Source: Octopus vulgaris (lineage: Eukaryota). Taken from it: a DNA stretch of 64,000 bases. Positions 12,646 through 25,600 of the stretch are shown here, in pieces. Location of the stretch: contig OX597814.1 in assembly GCA_951406725.2 (NCBI GenBank), forward strand, positions 31,682,001 to 31,746,000, written 5' to 3'. Both the position numbers and the translations under genes were made by a program. Below the pieces are notes generated by a model, which was given only the letters and a program-made list of their open reading frames with translations, was not told where the DNA came from and made no database searches. The first letter of the stretch is position 1. Each line of letters starts with the position of its first letter.

Positions 12646-14010
12646 CATGTCTAACGCACCACACTTTTTCAGTCCGAACTCCATTCTGATATCAGCTCTA
12701 AAAGTATACACCATACCAACGAGGGAACTGACTTGGGATTTATCATTACCATAAAGTTTGAGTTCCTCCATGAATAACAAGTGATTGAGTTTTTGTTGGT
12801 GGCTTTTGTATACATACCCAGCTTTTACTTTCATCAGAATCAGTGTTAGTATATCCTACCCATTGTCAAGCACTCTGGTGTTATTTGGTCGGCATTTAAA
12901 TAGGTGTTGAGTTGTGCAGCTATTCGTGCATGACATTCCCCCAAATCTTTTGATATCCAGTAGCCTTGAACTCCATCTGGGCCCGGAGCCTTCCATTTGC
13001 CCAGTTTGTTGCTGATTTTCTTCACTTTCCTAACTGAAATGGCTAGTTCTGCCTGTTTTGGACAGACTGCCGTTTGTTTCAGTTCTTGCAACCATTCAGC
13101 ATCCTTCTTGTGCTCCAGATGTCACTTCAAAAACCTTTGACTTTCAATATTATCTGTTATCAACTTTTCATCTGTACAGTTTCCACTTATTTCTTTATAG
13201 CGTCTCATTTGATCCACTCTGAATAACCTGTTCTGCTGGTAAATCTTCATTCTTTGGTCGTATCTTGCAATCTTAGCTTTCACTGCAACGAGGCTCTGTT
13301 TCAGTTCCTTCATTACTACATTCAGGCTCTCTCTTTCAATATACTTCCTGTTCAGTGCCCTGTATTTTTTGTTAGCATTTAAGCTCCCCCTTCTCTTTTC
13401 AGTCTAACACAGAAATGTCTTTCGAGGGCATATCTAACCTCACCAGTATTCGTCTTTTCCACCATGGATCTTTTCTTTTGTCACTCCCATTATATTTCAT
13501 TTTCTTAACATCAACACCCACATTTTCTTCTACAACAATACTTTCTGCCTTGATGAACTTATTTGTTACTGTGATGTTTTTTTGTTCTGATATATTTCGC
13601 AATTGCATTCACATTTTTCGATTCTTGGTTCAATTTCCACCGATTAACTTTTTTTAAGGTTGCAAATAATGTCGCTATCATTCTCCTGTAACTTTGCCTT
13701 TATTCTATAGTAAATTGCCTTTTGCCCATATGTCATGTCACCATTAGTTTCAGTGTCTTCTTCGAATCCATCCATATGTCTCTCATCGAGCATGCTATCT
13801 TTGATCCTTTCCTGTAATGTGGTTTATTGGGGATTTCACCTCTATTTTCTACTATGAGTTTACTTTTATCAGTAGGAACTATATTTTCATCGTTTCCTCT
13901 GCTGCTGTTTTCCAATACTTTTGATAGCTTCGAGCTCTCCTTCTTTGAACCAAAGATTTTTTCTTACTGCTGTAGCTTTATCACACATTCCCTGTTCCGT
14001 GAGTTGAAAT
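12646..14010 (-). pseudogene. Decayed R4/Dong-like non-LTR retrotransposon (N-terminal region plus RT)
   Basis: ORF fragments KDPWWKRRI, YDQRMKIYQQNRLF, KLGKWKAPGPDGVQGYW, KLNHLLFMEELKLYG (degenerate HLLYMDDLKLY) and IRMEFGLKKC; internal deletion within RT. Confidence 0.85.
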
Positions 14011-14479
14011 AATCCTCTTTTTCTCCATTGATGAAACTTCATATGTGGATACGTAACAGTTTCAAAATAACCTCAACAAAACTGCTTAGACGATGGGTTA
14101 GGCCATGGCTGAGTACTGGTATCTACGAGTAAAGGCTTTTTCCTATGATGCTTTATTATTTCCATCAGGATTAACATTTTGTAAGACTTTTACATTTAAG
14201 AAAGAACATAACTAAGTTTCCTTCAGATTCATTGTCTGTATCTAAGCGATCGTGGATATATCGATGCTCGAAATATATTCCAGCATGGCCGCAGTCAAAT
14301 CACTGAAAGAAGTAAAAGAATAATATAACTCATTTACAAAGGTAACTCGGGTAACAGAATACGATTATGTTGACAGTAATTTGTATGAATGTAAAAAAAA
14401 AACACAGGGGCGTAACGGTTATTGCTAGGTAGTAGGTTTTATCAGTATTTCTTGAGACACTCATAACAGATTCCTTACC

Positions 14480-14783
14480 TTCTGCTATAGCCCCGGGCCG
14501 ACCAATGCCTTGTGAGTAGATTTGGTAGTCGTATATATGTATATATATGTATATGTATGTATGTGTATGTGTTCTGTATTTGTACCCCTAGCATTGCTTG
14601 ACAACCGATGCTGGTGTGTTTACGTCCCCGTCACTTAGCGGTTCGGCAAAAGAGACCGATAGGATAAGTACTGGGCTTACAAAGAATAAGTCACGGGGTC
14701 GAGTTGCTCGACTAAAGGCGGTGCTCCAGCATGGCCGCAGTCAAATGACTGAAACATGTAAAAGAGTAAAAGAGTAAAAGAGA
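14480..14783 (+). mobile_element. SINE family A, 5'-truncated
   Basis: Matches 58961-59395 from tctgctatagccccgggccg to the (AAAAGAGT)n tail. Confidence 0.92.
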
Positions 14784-14870
14784 GCTTCCGAAACAATGCA
14801 TAAAAAAATGTGTATGTGTGTGCATACATAAGAGAGAGAAACATAGACAGATATGCGTGTGTGTGAGTGT

Positions 14871-14935
<65 letters not shown>

Positions 14936-14959
14936 CTTGAATGCGACCGAAATCCTCTT

Positions 14960-15200
14960 CAATATCCATTGGAATAGCGTATCCTGCCTGTGCTCCACTG
15001 AGTTTCGCATGTTTGTAACGCAGGACTTCGAATATTCTCACATTAAACTACATGTTATTTTTCTCACCCCCATCTATAGAGTGCGCCCACCTCCCGCTGC
15101 AGATCTGCAATGTCTCCAGCAGGGCTCTGTATCCTTCGTGAGAGTTTAGTGTGATTTGCATACCTAGCAAGGGTGGCTATCTGAGCAGCTGAGGGCACTC
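14960..15200 (-). pseudogene. CR1/L2-group LINE RT C-terminal fragment
   Basis: Manual translation YANHTKLSRRIQ..DIADLQREVGALYRWGEKNNM*FNVRIFEVLRY, i.e. degenerate YADDTKL..LQxDLxxLxxWxxxNxMxFNxxK. Confidence 0.8.
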
Positions 15201-15229
15201 TGAACACACGCGCGCACGCGCATACACAC

Positions 15230-15268
<39 letters not shown>

Positions 15269-15313
15269 GTTTATATATATATAATAGATTAAAAACTTTT
15301 TGCTACGTTTTGC

Positions 15314-15362
<49 letters not shown>

Positions 15363-15410
15363 TATATATATACAAACATATACACACATATAATACATAT
15401 ATATACAAAC

Positions 15411-15452
<42 letters not shown>

Positions 15453-15783
15453 CCACATGGTTCCGGGTTCAGTCCCATTGCTTTGCACGCTGGATAAGTT
15501 TCGGCTATTATATAACCTCTGTGCACCAAGGCCTTAATTATATATGTATGTACAACTGTGTGTATATGTGTGTGTATATATCTATTGAGAGGCAGAGAAG
15601 AAGAGCCAACAGCCTAACAGGTTCAATCTTCGAAGTCACTATCCCACCTCTACGTACAAAATTGTAATATATATATGTACTCAACTAAAACGTATTTAGC
15701 AATTCTTCAGTTTAATATTAAATTATTTCTGCATATACAAGGCCATAAAATAAACGTCAATACACACATACACACCCGCATAC

Positions 15784-15895
<112 letters not shown>

Positions 15896-17054
15896 AAGCA
15901 TGTATGTATATGTATATATGTATTTATAATTTTATCTGTTATACAAAAGAAAAGCAGATGGAAGATTTCTGGTTTGAAAATTATATTTGAAATCAAGAAA
16001 CAACAGAAAATATTTAAAAAGTACATTAAAACATAATTTGTCTTCAGTTATAGCAGTGGAAATATACGGTAGATTATATATCAAAAAGTAACAGAGAAAA
16101 CATGAAAGAAAAGAACATAGGATTACTGCAATGTATTAAGTAAAAAATATTTTTAAAAAAACACCCAAATACGCTTCACGAAGTCCACCAAGCAGCATAA
16201 TTGATTCTGAAAAATTATATAGATTCTGAAATTATTTATCATATTTCTCTAAAGACACCGTGAAATATGTCGCCCAACGAAATATTTAATGATTCACATA
16301 TTACATATTGTCTCCATTTCCTTTCTTTAATACAATACAAAGGTTAGGAAAAAATACATCTCAAGATTTTTTTTTAATTTCAAAACGAAAATATTAACAA
16401 AAAACTGTCATATATTATAAGTCTCCACTAATAACGTAGCAAAAAGTTTTTAATCTCTTTTATAGATTTCATATTACAAAATGTATTTTGTGATATAGAA
16501 CATATGATTAAATAAATAGAACAAATCAAATTATGCATATATCATGCATTATAGTAGCTCATAAATCAAGAGGTAAAAAATACGAGCTATTTAATGTTTC
16601 GATAAGAAAAATCCAAAATGAAGATATATTAAAGTTGAAAATTTATTCAATACGACACCTATTTGGTCTTTTAGTTAAAAGACCAAAATGCAAGTTGTGG
16701 CTGCTAAACAATGTAGTTAGCATTCGAAGTGTTAGAAACAACAATCAAATCTCCTACTGTCGTAAAACGAGCAAAGTGCATTAGATAATAAAGTCCTAGT
16801 TGTAATATATTTTAAACTAAGAAACAAATTTCTATGAAGGGTAGATTCCGATCAGTTGGATAGAACTTAATTTTAGACTAAGATACAAAAACAGAAATAA
16901 TATCAGATGATAAGCAACATTGTTTCTAACGCACATTCGGTTAGATATCTGCCGCTGATGACGAGACGGTAATGCGTATATTATGTGGCTTCTCATTAAC
17001 GCACAATTCTGGAAACACATATACATCACACACGCACGCAAAAACGCAAGCACG

Positions 17055-17099
<45 letters not shown>

Positions 17100-17659
17100 C
17101 ACACACATATATACCCACAACGCACACATACACAGGCACACAAAACTCATCTCTGTTTTACTCTTCTAATAGTTACATAGACATTCCGCCACTTAACCCT
17201 CTAATTATTATGCGGTTTGCATCTCAGAATAATTTAATTTTTCATAAATTTTCTTCCTGTGTGCCAAAAAATATGCGTAATTATCTCCTCGAATATGTTG
17301 AACTAGCAGATCTTTAGTCTATAAATATATAGACCTTATAAACCTATGGCAATATATCGATATAGAATATAAAAAAAAGTTTTACCGACATATTATTAAA
17401 CACCTTTTAGCCCTCACTTTTTCTGCTTCTTCAACTGTTTTAAAGGCTTTACTCTGCGTCAAGTTTCGTAATTATAGCATTCAAACAGCTGCCACTTCGA
17501 AAAGAACTGCCTCGTAGTTACTTTAGACTATATTGGAATATTTGCAGCATATTGAACTTTCTATGAGTGTATTTGATCTGTTATTTTTTTCTTTGTTTCC
17601 CTCGGGTCCAGGGTCTCTAAGAAATTACGGTTCTTAAGTTTTCTTCACTTCTATCAAGA

Positions 17660-17724
<65 letters not shown>

Positions 17725-17782
17725 GCATTTTATATACATAAATATATGTGTGTTTGTGAGTATATTTACATACATACTTATG

Positions 17783-17990
17783 GAGATGCGTGGTTTAGTG
17801 GTTAAGGTTTTGCGCTCATGAATGTAATTTCAATCCCAGGACCGAGCCATGCGTTGTGTTCTTGAGAAAAAACTTGATTTCACATTCCTCTAGTCCATTA
17901 AATTGATAAAAATGCTTATTGATATGACAGATATGCGTCCTGTCCAGTGGAGGAATATATACACTACAGTATCCGGGAAATCGAATCGGA
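17783..17990 (+). mobile_element. Degenerate tRNA-derived SINE, head similar to family D
   Basis: gcgtggtttagtggttaagg...tcaatcccaggaccgag..gcgttgtgttcttgag. Confidence 0.65.
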
Positions 17991-19610
17991 TTTATGAGCC
18001 TAAGATGCGTGGAGGACTTTTTATCGATATATATAAACTTTTGATACCTTGGCAACGAGATTTCTTTCTTTATGTAATCCTATTTTCTCGCTTCTCTTGA
18101 GACTCAATGCTGCAAAAATAGTAGTTGCTTAAGAACACTTTTCCGATCAATCAATCCTAAGCCATTACATAACATAGGGAAGTTCACAGTTATCTCATGT
18201 TGAGGTATAACGCATGTGAAACACATAGTCTCGTTGACGAATAATAATGCCCATTCACGAATCATTGCCAGTCAAAATGCCTCATGAGCTAACAGGACAT
18301 TTTTGATAGACTATGATCTGAGATGTTCCCAAACTATTGCAATGTAACCTACACAGGTCTTCGAAACATGAATTGGTTCTGTTATTTCTAAATACATATC
18401 ATCCTATGAGATGACTATATCCTTCACTAATCCTTAATCTACGTCATACAGATGTGTTTTACAAAGAATAAAAACATTTGTGCAAGATATAGAGAACTCA
18501 ATGAACAAAGACCTCAGATCACATAGCGTAGAATTATCATGGAATACACATCCTTTATACACATATATTCAAATGACAGTGGTCAGAGCTGAAATGACAG
18601 CCATCATAAATCCGCTCAGAGTGAACTAACTTGGAGACAAGAAAAACAAACCTAACAGAAATTCTGAATGCATGCTTTGATATTACTAAGTATTTGTGGA
18701 GAGCAAAGAGACACAGCCGCTACATACACATAGACGTAAGATGTATGTAGTGGATGTGTCTCATAAAAAAACCAGATAACTAAATTCAAGCAAGCACAAA
18801 GGATTCTTTTTAGTAGTAGTTCCAAGTGTTAGAAATATGAGCTAAATATCTCTAAAACCACGCTATACTTTAATTTTATGTTATTAGGTATACAAAGAAA
18901 CAGAGTGGGTTTCGTGAAGCATTGTGTAACATTGCACTAAAGATATACTCACCTTCTCAAGTAGCTGTGACCAGTCATAAATAACTAGAAAAAAATTACA
19001 TGAAGCAGATTGATTAATTTAGCAACACCAATCTGAACATTTCACCGTTCTCACCCACAGCGACGACCTCGTTCCATCCCTCGCTTTCCAACATGTTTTG
19101 AAGAAGCAATCATAGCCCCGAAATCTAAAAAATATAAGTAAAAATTCCTACTTTGTTTTCTTTCTTTTTGTAATTTACCTTATACCTTCTCGCATTGCTC
19201 CGGTATCACCCGACCTTATCTTTAATATACAGAATCATCCAATAAATCTCTGCAAAATACTACAAGCGCTAGACCGAATTATTCTTTGACTTGTCTCAGT
19301 CATTTGACTGCGGCTATTCTGGAGCTGTGTCGTTTATAGGGATGACATATGCTAGATCTACTTATATTTTATTATTTTTTTAGTGAAAATATCAGAAAAC
19401 CTATACAATAAAGGATAAGTACTAGTCTTACACAGAATAAGTCATGGGGTCGATTTACTCGACTAATGGCGGAGCCTCAGCATGGCCGCCGTCAAATGAT
19501 TGAAACAAGTTAAGGAATAAAAGAAACATCATTTTGTGCACGTTTAACGAAGTTCCTTGATATATATTTCATTCTGACAGCTTTATTAAATTTTCTTAAA
19601 TTATTTTAAA

Positions 19611-20005
19611 CTAGCAGTATCGCCCGGCGTTGCTCGGGTTTGTAAGGGAAATAACTATAAACCATTTTTAGAGAGTTATAGCCAAAAAATAGCAAAAGAA
19701 TGCATTAAAAATGGAAAAAAAATTATGGTAATTTTTTTTAAATCGTTGACTCATCGTAGACATTTTTAGAGAGTTACTTCCCTTATATAATAGCGAAGAA
19801 ATGCATTAAACTGGAAAAATATGATGGTAAATTATTTTTAAAATCATAGACTCATCGTACACGCGCGCTAATACCCAGAAGGGCTCGATATGAATCACGA
19901 CTATAAGATACCCGGTTTTGGTTAAACTGCATCGCAAAATGTGTGAGTAGTTAGGAATCTAAATCGTAGGAGACAGACACACAACCTTACTTTTATATAT
20001 AAAGA
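19611..20005 (-). mobile_element. Non-autonomous Helitron
   Basis: Minus strand reads A|TCtttatatataaaag ... cccgagcaacgccggg hairpin ... ctgCTAG|T: 5'-TC, subterminal hairpin, 3'-CTAG, inserted in an AT site. Second copy at 35676-36053. Confidence 0.88.
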
Positions 20006-20481
20006 TTATTTTAGACGCCCATGTCGTCACAGGTAGGCATAGACACTTTTGAACCACAAAATACATCAAACATAAGTTATTGCTGATTTACATTGATAGG
20101 TGTGTTTCTCTACAGGTAGGTATTGTTTTCGGGCAGCGTTAGACACAACCAATAAAAGATTATTCGGTTCACTAGTTCAAAGATACCTTTTCTTATCTAA
20201 CATATTCCCATACTAGTCGCTAATCTTCATAAATAGTTAACAGTTTGTTCCCTTCTTTCTTCTCTCTTAGAATTTTGCCCTCCTTAAAATTCTTCCCCTA
20301 TCACATAACACAAACTACAGATGTTCAAGCTGAGTATCAGTTGCATAAATTTGAAATAGTTTTGGAGGACTTGCAATTAACACTGACACTGATAACTCTC
20401 CTCAGGCTAATGTCAGCGCCCACATATACACACATACACACACGTGTGTGTATATGAGTAATTATGTGTATAGAATATACA

Positions 20482-20529
<48 letters not shown>

Positions 20530-20969
20530 TATATATACATATATATTCATGTATATATATTTATTTGTCATTTGTATGCACATCACATATATATGTATAC
20601 ATATATGCACATACGTATGTATGTGCAATGTACAAGGTTTTCATTACCCTTGATATTAAGAATATAGATCATAAATTATAGAGATATTACAATTCGGTCA
20701 TCACATGCGGTGTATGCCTCGAGCATGTTCATTTAATAGCAAATTCTATGTTAAGCTTCTTTAATAAATCACCTTAATAAATTATAATTCCAGTAAATGA
20801 TCGCCTTTGTTCCTTAATGTAGATTTATGCTACAGTAATTATATTTACTCTCTTTGCCTAAATTAAAATATTTATTCGTTTCAAAGCAATATTTTTCATT
20901 CTAAAATAAGGAATTTATAATGCGAATAAATACAAACCTAACTGCTGTATAAAAATCTGAATACATAAA

Positions 20970-21431
20970 GGTGCAGGAGTGGATGTGTGTAAAGTAGCTT
21001 GCTTACCAACCACATGGTTTTCAGTTCAGTCCTACTGCGTCCTTGGGTAAGTGTTTTCTACTATAGCTTCGGGCCGACCAAAGACTTGTGAGTAGATTTG
21101 AAAGACGGAGACTGAAGAAGCCTGTTGTATATATATATATACGTATATATATATATGCGTGTGTATGTGTGTGTCTCTGTGTGCATGTGTGTTTGTCTGT
21201 GTGTGTGCGTGTGTTTGGCACCACAACATTGCTTGACAACCGATTGTAGTGTGTTTACGTTCCCGTAACTTAGCGGTACGGCAAAGAGACCGATAGGATA
21301 AGTAGTAGTCTTACAAAGAATAAGTTCCGGTGTCGATTTACTAAGAATAAGTTCTGGTGTCGATTTACTCGACTAATGGCGGGGCCCCAGCATGGCCGCA
21401 GTCAAAGGATTGAAACAAGTAGAAGAATAAT
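20970..21431 (+). mobile_element. SINE family A, full length, diverged
   Basis: Head ggtgcaggagtggatgtgtg, ccttgggtaagt CORE-like block, internal microsatellite and conserved tail. Confidence 0.9.
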
Positions 21432-21725
21432 GGAAACATCAATTTGTGCACGGTTAACGAAGTTCCTTGATGTATATTTCATTCTGGCAGCTTTACTAAG
21501 TTTTCTTAAACTATTTTAGGCGCACATGTCGTCGCAAGCAGGCATAGACACCTCTCGAATCTCCTGTTGTTGATCCTGTGTAACTTTAGATATGTGACGC
21601 CAAGATTGGAAGAGAGAGACAAACACATACACAGCAGAGAGACAATAGAGACTGAGAGACAGTAGTCATTATTTTGGCAAGAGGACATGAGTAACGTGAA
21701 TGAAGTACCTTTGTCAAGGATACAA

Positions 21726-21759
<34 letters not shown>

Positions 21760-22146
21760 TCCAACCCCAGCTGAACCCACACCCCACTTCCCCCTTTCAC
21801 TCTCCCCACAACCCCCACTCTACCCCAACCCCCAGCCGAACCCACACCCCACATGGGCTTTCCCCACCTCCCACCACACTACACTACACCATACGACATT
21901 ACACATCACATCATACATACATACACACGTCCAGACCTTTCATACGCACATACATACTCTCTCATACACACACGCACCCTTATGTTGGTGCCAGGTCATT
22001 TGACCTTGTTATCTCCCCTACTATCCCTCTTGCGTCTAACGTCTGATCTCTGACTTCTGGCCGAAATCAGACCGCCATGTTGAATCGTTAGCTCCTGCAC
22101 GCATTTTTTTCTCTCCTTGTTTCTCTCCGTGTTTCTTTTCTGTGTA

Positions 22147-22184
22147 TCTTTCTGTTGAAGAGCGTAGGCTCGAAACGTAAAAGA
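22147..22184 (+). ncRNA. Minimal hammerhead-like motif, family 1, in element about 22030-22281
   Basis: TCTTT-CTGTTGA-A-GAGC(GTAG)GCTC-GAA-ACGT-A-AAAGA; palindromic ACGT stem III, A6U core variant. Confidence 0.72.
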
Positions 22185-22285
22185 CTTGTTTTATTTCTTT
22201 TCCTGAGCGCCATACAAATACAATTGTTTGTTTGTACTCCACCTGCCTTCGTCTTTTGTTTATTTTCGTAAGCTTCCCGTTATAT

Positions 22286-22359
<74 letters not shown>

Positions 22360-22451
22360 ATGTGTGTTTGTGTGTATGTATGTATATCGCCACGATAGAA
22401 CACTAGACACTACACATTCTTTAGTTTCTCTCCTTGTTTCTTTCTGTGTTC

Positions 22452-22487
22452 CTTTCTATGGAAGAGCGTAGGCTTGAAACGTTAAAG
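22452..22487 (+). ncRNA. Degenerate family-1 hammerhead motif in element about 22420-22572
   Basis: CTTT-CTATGGA-A-GAGC(GTAG)GCTT-GAA-ACGT-T-AAAG. Confidence 0.55.
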
Positions 22488-22570
22488 ACATTTCTACTTC
22501 CCGAGCGTTATACTAATACACCTGTTTGTTGTCTACACCACCTGTCTTCGTCTTTTTTTATGAATTCTCC

Positions 22571-22670
<100 letters not shown>

Positions 22671-25600
22671 CAAATCGCATCGTCAACACTATGCTAAGTA
22701 GTTAACTGTTAGAATTGGAAGGATGCCCATCCTTCTTTTCTCTGGTAACCGTTATCAGTATTGGCATCGGCAGTATAGACTTTCCCATCTAAATTATAAA
22801 GTGCGCGCACACACTCCAAAAGCACACACTTATACATAAAGACATAGCAGTGTTTATGCATATATGTATCTATGCATACACACACATATATATATTTACA
22901 CATATACATACACATGTGTGTGAGTGTATTTATCTTTATTTGTAGGTATGTATAATTTCAGTGCTATGGAGCACTGTTTTCATAGAATTCGAACAATACT
23001 TTAGCTTGAAGCTGCGTTTCAATTCACTTATAAAATATTTGTGAGAGACAGAAAAACATTTCTTCGCAAAACTCATTATCTAAGTACTAAGTAAAGCGTC
23101 ATATCTGGAAGGCAAACACAGGTTTCTATCTCTCTTGAAGAATGTTTGAGCTTTTTCCCTAGTTCTCCATAAATTTTATGCATATCTTAAACTTAATAAG
23201 GATGGGTGTCTATGAGCAATATAAATAAATAAATAAAAGATGTAATAAGAAAAGAAATATTTTTTAGCAAGCATCAATATTTTGTGCCTTATATGAAACT
23301 GCAGTTTTACTTGGAGCTCTTTTTTGCAAAGATCCAAAATAAGAGAGAAAAAATACTTTTACTATGAAAGACACATTTTATTCTGTGTTAATAAAAAAAT
23401 ATATATCTTTGCACAAAATGATATCCTACCTAATAAGTTAAAAAACAATATTGACCTTGCAGGAATAAGTAATCAAATTATTCAGCGTGTATTATGGAAG
23501 AAAGGGCATAGAATTTAAGAGCAAAGCATAGTTTTCTAAAAAAACAATTATCTCTCGGGAAAGGTCGAATGTGTGAGCGAGTTGATAAATTAGTAGAAAC
23601 TAAATTTTGCAATACGGTTTCGTATTCTGTTTAAGATAATTTCACGTCACCTGTCTGAGTTATTTATTTGTAAAAAGCATGAAGCTCAGCAAAAATTATT
23701 CTGTTTATCTTTATAATAAGAAAATAAGATGACATTGTTTTTCATAAGTGTATTGATACTGTATTCCCTTAGAACTAATTTCTCATTCAGATTTGTTTCC
23801 CAGTTGGAATTCATTTTACCTTCCTCACGCTGGTAATAATGATTACAAAATGTCGCGAATGATAAAACTTCCATTTGATAAAACTTGTCTGGTATGGAAT
23901 GCTTTAAATACGGCAGAGGATACTGAGGACTAAATCTGCACGCATACATTATTCAATACTAGGATCAATATTTTGCAATTTTTTGTTATTTTAAAATCTA
24001 TATCCAGCCATAGAGAAGAAAATCGGACATAATTCAAATGTTGTCTTTCTGTGTATCACATCATGAAGGACATCTCTTCTCGCATTTGTCATGTATTCTT
24101 GGTCATTATGAAGGAAATATATTAATTTCTTTCTTGCTATGTAATATTCTGTCAATAAATTGAGGTGCACGACTACAATACTGTTCTATAACAGAGACCC
24201 TGTATACAGCAGCTTGATCATCAGTGAATATCAACGAAAATTATCTTGGATCATATTTTGTTGCCTTCATACGAGGAAAAATATTTTATGATTTCTCCCC
24301 TAAAGTGATGGTGTTAGAGTTTCGATAGGAATACACTTGATTCTATGCAAAAGGTATATTCACTTAATGCAATTTGAAGTTTGGAATGAAATAAAATAAT
24401 AAAGATTAAGAGTGTTACAATACAGAGATCAAATTGTCTACTGATTTAAAACAAATGCTTAAAGTGATTTTGAATATAGAACATTCCAGGCCAATATCAT
24501 AACTTCCTACCAAGAAAAGAAAGTTAAATTCAGTATAATACTGGTATCAGTACAGATGACCTCATCATATTACTATGGAGTAAAAATATTTTGTACGCAG
24601 GAAATACTGCCCTATTTGAGTAAGTAAGCTACAGAGATTATACAACGCAATTATATACTGCCATAGGAATTAAACTGAGATGGAATATACCGACAAAAGA
24701 AATTCTCGATGGAATTTGAAAATTTATTTAACTTTTCCTATCTTCGATAGACACAATTGTATGTAAAACATTAGAAAAGATAATTCGTTATATAGAAATA
24801 GAGTCGATTGTTTTATAGACTGCAGAATAAGATATTGTAATATGTAGAAATGAAGATTGGACAGGAAATCATTTCTTTTATGGGTTAAAAAGACGTTGAA
24901 TTTCAAAACACAACTTGTACTTACCTCATTGGAATAATTAACGTAAAACGCAAACAACTTATACATGTATGTGAAGACTTTTTAAGCACAACTAACGTAT
25001 TTAATAGCATGATAAATCAAGTTTAGGTCAACACCACTTAAATGATAACTGCATGCTCAGGGAAAATTAAATTAAGTTATAAAAAAGAAACTGAACATTC
25101 AATTGATCCATATGTCAAACAAAACTAGTTCTAATTAAGTTGTTCTAACAAAAGCAAAATATCAAATATTGCTTGCGGTGTTTAGATGATATTACAATTA
25201 ATGATATCACTCTCTTAATATATATAAATACGAGACAAACGGAATGCATAATAGGAAGAAATGACATATGTCATGCTAAACCAATAATTAATTATAAAAG
25301 ATATTATGAAGTCAGCACGCTAAGTTATTCACCCGAAGATTATAAAAATGTATGTTTACTATTAAAGCATTCAAAAGATGTTATAAAGAAAAAAATATAC
25401 AATTCATAATGGCAGTCTTTATAAGATTAGTTCTCGATTGTTTCCAAAGATTCTTTTAAGATTTTTTCAAATGAGCACCATCATTAGTATTATCAGTTTT
25501 CTTTAGATTATGTTTATTGTTATCAGTAAAACACCAATGCTGCTGTCGCAGTGCTGAGACTGGGCCATTTTAGGTAAGTGGAGTTTGTTCTCTGAAGGTT

